Source: Candidatus Latescibacterota bacterium (GTDB lineage Bacteria > Latescibacterota > UBA2968 > GCA-2709665). Taken from it: a stretch of DNA of 64,000 bases. Location of the stretch: positions 3,616,001 through 3,680,000 of the forward strand of contig OZ242358.1 in the NCBI GenBank assembly GCA_965208835.1, in the 5' to 3' direction. The notes below the pieces were generated by a model. That model was not told the DNA's origin and did no database searches. It was given only the letters and a program-made list of their open reading frames with translations. Made by a program: the position numbers and the translations under genes. Positions 58,732 to 64,000 of this stretch are shown piece after piece (the stretch's first letter is position 1; each line of letters starts with the position of its first letter).

Positions 58732-60507
58732 ATGGCAAAGGAATCCGAGCAAATCCGCGCATCCGAAACCAACGGGCGTCCTGAAAAGCAGGTGGCGTTT
58801 GGAGACGTGTCTTCGCCTCCTCCATCTCCGATGAAAGGCGCGGACATTCTGGTGGAAGCGCTTGTCCGTGAGGGTGTCGATGTCATCTTCGGATATCCCG
58901 GCGGCGCAAGCATGGAGATCCATCAGGCGCTCACACGTTCCCGGATCCGAAACGTGTTGTGTCGGCACGAGCAAGGTGAAATATTCGCCGCAGAGGGATT
59001 TGCAAAGGCATCGGGCAGGGTTGGCGTATGTCTGGCCACATCCGGTCCCGGAGCTACCAATCTGGTCACAGGATTGGCTGACGCGAAGATGGATTCCGTT
59101 CCTCTGGTAGCCATAACGGGTCAGGTGGCAACACACGTGATGGGCGGCGACGCTTTTCAGGAAACACCCATCGTCGAGGTCACGAGGCAGATCACCAAGC
59201 ACAACTTCCTGATCGACCGTATCGAGGATATACCACGCATCGTAAAGGAGTCGTTCTATATCGCTAATTCCGGCCGGCCGGGACCGGTGCTGATCGATGT
59301 GCCGAAAGACGTCCAGCAGGCCATGCATGCGCCGGTCTGGCCGGACGACGTGGCCATTCGAAGCTATAATCCACATATCAGGGCCGACAGCAGAGCCGTC
59401 GAAAACGTGGTCCGCGCGATCCGGGAAGCCAAACGGCCGATCCTCTATGTCGGCGGAGGCATCGTGGCCGCCGGCGCCGCCGGGCAACTTCGGGAGCTTG
59501 TCAGCAAAACCGGCATTCCCGTCGTGCAAACGCTCATGGGGCTTGGCGTCTTCCCGGAAACCCATCCGCTCTCGCTCAGAATGGTCGGCATGCACGGAAC
59601 CGTCTACGCAAACTACGCGATCAACCACGCGGACCTGTTGCTGGCTATGGGAGTTCGTTTCGATGACCGCGTTACGGGAAAGCTCGAGGAGTTCTGCAAA
59701 CACGGCAAGATCGTACACGTCGACATCGACCCATCGGAAATCAACAAGAACAAAACCGCACACATTCCTGTTGTCAGCGACGTCAGATACGCCCTTGAGG
59801 ACTTGAATAAACAGGTGGTACCCGGAGACTACAACGCCTGGCATACCGAACTGAAAACCTGGCGAAAGAAACATCCGCTCGCCTATCAGGAAGCGGACGA
59901 CGCGATCCTTCCTCAGCACGCCATCGACTTGCTGTATCGAATGACGAACGGAAAGGCCGTGGTCTCAACGGGTGTGGGACAGCATCAGATGTGGGCCGCC
60001 CAATATTACCTGTTCGACGAACCGCGCAACTGGCTCACATCGGGCGGGCTGGGCGCGATGGGATTCGGCCTGCCAGCCGCTCTGGGCGCTCAACTGGCCA
60101 GACCTGACGACCTGGTCGTGAATATCGACGGCGACGGAAGCTTTGTGATGAACGTGCAGGAACTGGCCACGCTTTACGTGGAGAAACTTCCCGTTAAAAC
60201 CCTCATTATCAACAACCAGCACCTGGGAATGGTGGTTCAATGGGAAGACAGGTTCTACGAAAGCAACCGCGGCCACACCTTCATAGGCGATCCGGAAGGG
60301 GGCATCCACCCCGATTTTGTCAATATCGCCAAGGGTTTCGGCATTCCGGCAGCGCGCGTGGAACACAAGAAAGAACTGGAGGGTGCCCTGGAGCATCTGC
60401 TCGAGACTCCCGGCCCGTACGTGCTTGACGTTATCGTTCCCTATCAGGAACATGTGCTTCCCATGATCCCGGCGGGTCATACATTTGCAGACATAATCAC
60501 TGAGTAA
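58732..60507 (+). CDS. ilvB: Acetolactate synthase large subunit (biosynthetic)
   Basis: [49 protein letters not shown]...N ThDP motif. Confidence 0.96.
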   Translation: MAKESEQIRASETNGRPEKQVAFGDVSSPPPSPMKGADILVEALVREGVDVIFGYPGGASMEIHQALTRSRIRNVLCRHEQGEIFAAEGFAKASGRVGVCLATSGPGATNLVTGLADAKMDSVPLVAITGQVATHVMGGDAFQETPIVEVTRQITKHNFLIDRIEDIPRIVKESFYIANSGRPGPVLIDVPKDVQQAMHAPVWPDDVAIRSYNPHIRADSRAVENVVRAIREAKRPILYVGGGIVAAGAAGQLRELVSKTGIPVVQTLMGLGVFPETHPLSLRMVGMHGTVYANYAINHADLLLAMGVRFDDRVTGKLEEFCKHGKIVHVDIDPSEINKNKTAHIPVVSDVRYALEDLNKQVVPGDYNAWHTELKTWRKKHPLAYQEADDAILPQHAIDLLYRMTNGKAVVSTGVGQHQMWAAQYYLFDEPRNWLTSGGLGAMGFGLPAALGAQLARPDDLVVNIDGDGSFVMNVQELATLYVEKLPVKTLIINNQHLGMVVQWEDRFYESNRGHTFIGDPEGGIHPDFVNIAKGFGIPAARVEHKKELEGALEHLLETPGPYVLDVIVPYQEHVLPMIPAGHTFADIITE

Positions 60508-60525
60508 ATCCACGGGCAACCTGTC

Positions 60526-60560
60526 AAAATCCGGATGTTGCGATGCAGCATCCGGATTTT
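60526..60560. terminator. Intrinsic terminator after ilvB
   Basis: AAAATCCGGATGTTGC-GAT-GCAGCATCCGGATTTT. Confidence 0.8.
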
Positions 60561-60571
60561 CGTGTCCGCAG

Positions 60572-60600
60572 GGAACGCCTGTCACAACGTCAATGTCTAA
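60572..60600 (+). promoter_or_regulatory. ECF sigma autoregulatory promoter
   Basis: GGAACGC-N15-TGTCTAA. Confidence 0.72.
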
Positions 60601-60732
60601 GTGTGTGGAAGGGCAATCGCGGGCACGTTGTCAATTCACGCTGCAGTTCGCCTGCGATTTACGGATCATTGCCGGATGACGCGACAGTCCTGATTGTCGG
60701 TTTGGATCCATGCCGCGTTTCCAGGAGCCCGA

Positions 60733-61323
60733 ATGGGTGGAGATCTGGATCTGGTCAGACGTTGTAAGGAGGGAGATCAAAAGGCGTTTCGCGTCCTTGT
60801 GGAACGTTATGAAGGGCGCGTCTACAATCTTGCGTGTTCAATTCTGGGAGACCGGGAGATCGCCCGGGATGCCGCCCAGACCGCCTTCATCCGCGCATAC
60901 CAGGCCTTGCCCAGATTCCGCGCCGACTCGGGGTTCTACACCTGGCTCTACAGAATCGCCGTCAATGTCTGTCTCAACGCGGCTCAGAAGGAGAAACGCC
61001 GGCGAGATTCAACGTCGCTCGATTCACTCCTCGATTCCGGACATTTCTCAACCGAACACCTGTGGGAACGCCGAACACCTGCCGGCGATTTCGAACGCCT
61101 GAAACTGCAGGAAACCATACAGGAAGTACTGAATCTGATCTCTCCCGACCACCGGCTCGTTATTGTACTGAAAGATATCGAAGGCATGTCGCAGGAAGAG
61201 ATTTCCAGGACGCTGAATTGTTCGGTCGGTACCGTCAAATCCCGCCTCTCCCGGGCCCGGGCGCATCTCAGGGACCTCTTGCGGCCCGTTTACAACGAGT
61301 GGAAAGAGGGGACGCCGCCATGA
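60733..61323 (+). CDS. ECF RNA polymerase sigma factor (RpoE-like)
   Basis: GDQKAFRVLVERY, FYTWLYRIAVN, GTVKSRLSRAR; SD AGGAG. Confidence 0.95.
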   Translation: MGGDLDLVRRCKEGDQKAFRVLVERYEGRVYNLACSILGDREIARDAAQTAFIRAYQALPRFRADSGFYTWLYRIAVNVCLNAAQKEKRRRDSTSLDSLLDSGHFSTEHLWERRTPAGDFERLKLQETIQEVLNLISPDHRLVIVLKDIEGMSQEEISRTLNCSVGTVKSRLSRARAHLRDLLRPVYNEWKEGTPP

Positions 61324-61763
61324 CAGACTCCGAAGTCAAGAAACTTTTGCCCGCATATCTGGAATCCGACCTCCCGGCCGAACAGATGCGCGAGGTTGAG
61401 GCGCGTCTCGCGGTCTCGTCCGCCTGCCGGGAAGAACTGGAATATCTTACGCGCATTCAACGTCTCATTGCCGCCAGACCGGAGTCCGCGTCACCCGGAC
61501 TGTGGCAAGGCATTGCACGGCGAATGATCGTTGAAGACGTGGCGGAGCCCTGGATACAGTTCGAGTGGGTCGGCAAGAGGTTTCTTCCTGTTCTGGCGGC
61601 CGCGGTCCTGCTTCTGGCCGTCATTGGCAATCTCACCACAGAAGCTCCCGCCTTTACGCTTGACGAGTATCTGAAAGTGCAGTGGGAGGAATCGGACGTC
61701 GCCATGCTCTCGCAGGAGGAACCCTCCCGCGACGACATTCTATATATTTTGCAGACGAGGTAG
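61320..61763 (+). CDS. Transmembrane anti-sigma factor
   Basis: ATGA overlap with the sigma gene; LLPAYLESDL ASD-like N-terminus, one TM helix. Confidence 0.82.
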   Translation: MTDSEVKKLLPAYLESDLPAEQMREVEARLAVSSACREELEYLTRIQRLIAARPESASPGLWQGIARRMIVEDVAEPWIQFEWVGKRFLPVLAAAVLLLAVIGNLTTEAPAFTLDEYLKVQWEESDVAMLSQEEPSRDDILYILQTR

Positions 61764-61766
61764 CCG

Positions 61767-62660
61767 ATGTCGACAAACGCCACCCGCATGAAGGCCGTCC
61801 TGCTGGTGCTGGGCATTTTCGTACTCGGAGCAGCCCTGGGCGCAGCGTATCAACGCTGGCTTCCCCCCGGCAAAGATCACCGGCGTTCCGACCGGTTGGA
61901 ACGCCGCGGCGGGCCTCCTTTTGGCGCATCTGCGGAGCGCCTTCTCAATCGATACGTTCGCAACCTCGAACTGAACGACGAGCAACGGGCCGAAATCGAA
62001 GGGATCCTGGATGAAGGCCGTGTGACAATGGGCAAGATGCGCAGGGAGATCCGCGCGAAAACCGAGACGGTCACCCGGAAAACCTGGGCCCGGATTCGAA
62101 ATATCCTCACGCCGGACCAGCAGGAGAGATTCGACGAATTGACAAGCCCTATTTCTCCGGCAATAATTCTGCAACAACTCACCAGGGATCTGGATCTGGA
62201 CAAAGAACAACAGGCGACCGTGAGACGTATCCTGAAGAAAAATTGGGCGGCGATGCAAGAGCTGCGCAGGAAGACCCGGAAGCAATTGAGGACACGGCAG
62301 GAGAATACGCGAGAAAAAATGAACGCCGTTCTAACACCTGGGCAGTCGAAACAGATCGAGTCGCTCAAACCCTTTAATTATCGGGGATTTCACCGAAGGT
62401 TGGACCTGGATTTATCTGAAGAGCAACGGACGAGAATAGAACGGATCGAAAAAAGAGAACGAGGCGCAACACGCCGGATATTTCAGAAACGCGACGAGCA
62501 ACTCGGATCCCTAACCGGAGAAACCTGGTCGGAAATCAAAGCTCTTCTGCGTAAAGATCAGTTAGGGAAGTTCGAAAAAATCACCCGTGGTATCGAGCGA
62601 CGTATGGTATGGAAACGCCAGCTCAGACGCAGGTCCGTCGGCAGGGCGCTGGATTTCTGA
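61767..62660 (+). CDS. Membrane-anchored periplasmic Spy/CpxP-like (LTxxQ repeat) protein
   Basis: N-terminal TM; three LxLxxEQ...LT/RxxQ units; very basic. Confidence 0.8.
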   Translation: MSTNATRMKAVLLVLGIFVLGAALGAAYQRWLPPGKDHRRSDRLERRGGPPFGASAERLLNRYVRNLELNDEQRAEIEGILDEGRVTMGKMRREIRAKTETVTRKTWARIRNILTPDQQERFDELTSPISPAIILQQLTRDLDLDKEQQATVRRILKKNWAAMQELRRKTRKQLRTRQENTREKMNAVLTPGQSKQIESLKPFNYRGFHRRLDLDLSEEQRTRIERIEKRERGATRRIFQKRDEQLGSLTGETWSEIKALLRKDQLGKFEKITRGIERRMVWKRQLRRRSVGRALDF

Positions 62661-62669
62661 ACGTATCCT

Positions 62670-62698
62670 GGAACGCACAGAGATATTCATCTGTCCAA
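62670..62698 (+). promoter_or_regulatory. Second ECF promoter
   Basis: GGAACGC-N15-TGTCCAA, matching the site at 60572. Confidence 0.72.
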
Positions 62699-62789
62699 AG
62701 TGTAAGGTTCTTGCAGAGCGTGCGTCTGCATTCAGCTGGACAGCCGTCCATAATAACCTCAAGCCGGGGAAACCGAAAGGAGAAGTACC

Positions 62790-63308
62790 ATGAAACGTAT
62801 GGCCCTCATCGGTGCCGTTGTCATTCCCATTATTGCCGTCGTCTGGGCTCTGCCATCGGACGCGCATCGCGGCAAACGCGGCTGGAAGAAAGCCCGGAAG
62901 GCGCCAATGGAAGCCCTGGAGCTCTCGACGGAACAGCGGACGAAGCTGGAAAGACTGAACCTGGAGCGGTCCAAGAAGATGGCGCAGCTGCGGGCCGACC
63001 TCAAGGTGGCCAGGCTGGATCTCAGGGCTGCCATGCGGCAGGACAACCCCGATCCTGCTGAAGTCAAAGCGCGGGTTGCCGCTGTAAACAAGGCGCGATC
63101 CCTTATTCTTGAGAGCAAGGTGAACCACAGGCTCAAGGTCAACAACGTCCTGACCCCGGAGCAGCGAAACAAGCTTCGAGAAGTGCGAAGGGATCGGTCA
63201 AAAAGAGGATGTGGCAAGATGTGGCGCAAGCGCAGCTACGGGAAGGGCTCGAAGGGGATGGGACATACCGGCCCGGATCGCGGCGAAGGGCAACCGTCTT
63301 CGATCTAA
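62790..63308 (+). CDS. Spy/CpxP family periplasmic chaperone
   Basis: Signal peptide, LELSTEQ, VLTPEQR. Confidence 0.88.
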   Translation: MKRMALIGAVVIPIIAVVWALPSDAHRGKRGWKKARKAPMEALELSTEQRTKLERLNLERSKKMAQLRADLKVARLDLRAAMRQDNPDPAEVKARVAAVNKARSLILESKVNHRLKVNNVLTPEQRNKLREVRRDRSKRGCGKMWRKRSYGKGSKGMGHTGPDRGEGQPSSI

Positions 63309-63338
63309 CCGAACAAGCCGGGAAGAAAGGTGTCGTAA

Positions 63339-64000
63339 ATGTCTTTTCGCAGATTTGCCGTCACGGCCGTCATCGCTTCCATCACACTCCTCGGTTGCGG
63401 AAATAAAATCCCGGTCGAGTCCCCGGCCGGCTCCACCGAGGGCGCAACGCAGGCCTCGAAGGCATCCACGGACGAGATAGAAACCAAACTTGAGAACGAC
63501 CGCTCCAGCAAATCGGACCGCGGTCACGGCAAAGGGTGGGAGCGTCGTATCGCAGCGCTGACCGACTCGCTGGGTTTGAGCGAGGAACAGGTCGAGGATC
63601 TGAATGAACTGTACGATGAATACCAAGCCGAAATCAAGGCCCTGTACGATAGCGCCAAGGCGTCGGGTGACCGTTCCGGGCTCCGGGAGCAACTGCGTGA
63701 CTCGAGACAGGCATTCGATGAAAACTTCAATGACGTCCTCACCGACGACCAAAAAGCCAGGCTCGCCGAGATCAGGGCCAATGCGGCCGCCCGCAGGAAG
63801 GACACGGGATGGGAGAATTACATCGCCGCATTGACGGATTCTCTCGGCCTGAGCGAACAGCAGGTCACGGACCTGAATGAACTGTATGAAGATTACCAGG
63901 CCGACGTAAGAGCCGCCAGGGATAACGCACGAGAGTCGGACGCCCGTTCAGAACTCCGGACGAAGTTGAAGGAGTTGAGGCAGGAATTCGAAGACGGTTT
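63339..64000 (+). CDS. Lipoprotein with 91-aa tandem LTxxQ-type repeats, 3'-truncated (absent from the ORF track)
   Basis: MSFRRFAVTAVIASITLLGC lipobox; WE..IAALTDSLGLSE.QV.DLNELY repeated at 63537 and 63810; frame open to window end. Confidence 0.85.
   Translation, partial: MSFRRFAVTAVIASITLLGCGNKIPVESPAGSTEGATQASKASTDEIETKLENDRSSKSDRGHGKGWERRIAALTDSLGLSEEQVEDLNELYDEYQAEIKALYDSAKASGDRSGLREQLRDSRQAFDENFNDVLTDDQKARLAEIRANAAARRKDTGWENYIAALTDSLGLSEQQVTDLNELYEDYQADVRAARDNARESDARSELRTKLKELRQEFEDG

Overview
GC-rich bacterial chromosomal window with about 40 protein-coding genes, one tRNA-Thr(CGT), and no transposase, integrase, CRISPR or prophage. The gene content (sulfatase, PhyH, heparinase II/III, GWxTD, ceramidase-like proteins) resembles Latescibacterota/Gemmatimonadota/Poribacteria-type heterotrophs; that assignment is inference only. 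Layout: 1-18.5 kb is a catabolic cluster of mostly signal-peptide-less enzymes. 19-34 kb is a minus-strand run containing a possible lipid synthesis/export module (GT4, TolC, NTP-transferase/CDP-alcohol transferase, MlaC, MMPL). 34-58 kb holds mixed genes, including a LysR-divergent short archaeal-type purA and a peptidase/propeller/BamA-like outer-membrane protein. 58-64 kb holds ilvB with a readable attenuator and an ECF sigma/anti-sigma/Spy-like module whose promoter motif recurs in the window. The most striking unexplained structure is non-coding: three MITE families with unrelated ends share a GCGTTG...CGCCT hairpin core, insert at stop codons and at a tRNA +1 site, and in one case nest. 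There is also an 8-nt-phased ACGA repeat array. All functional calls come from motif recognition by eye; no searches were run.
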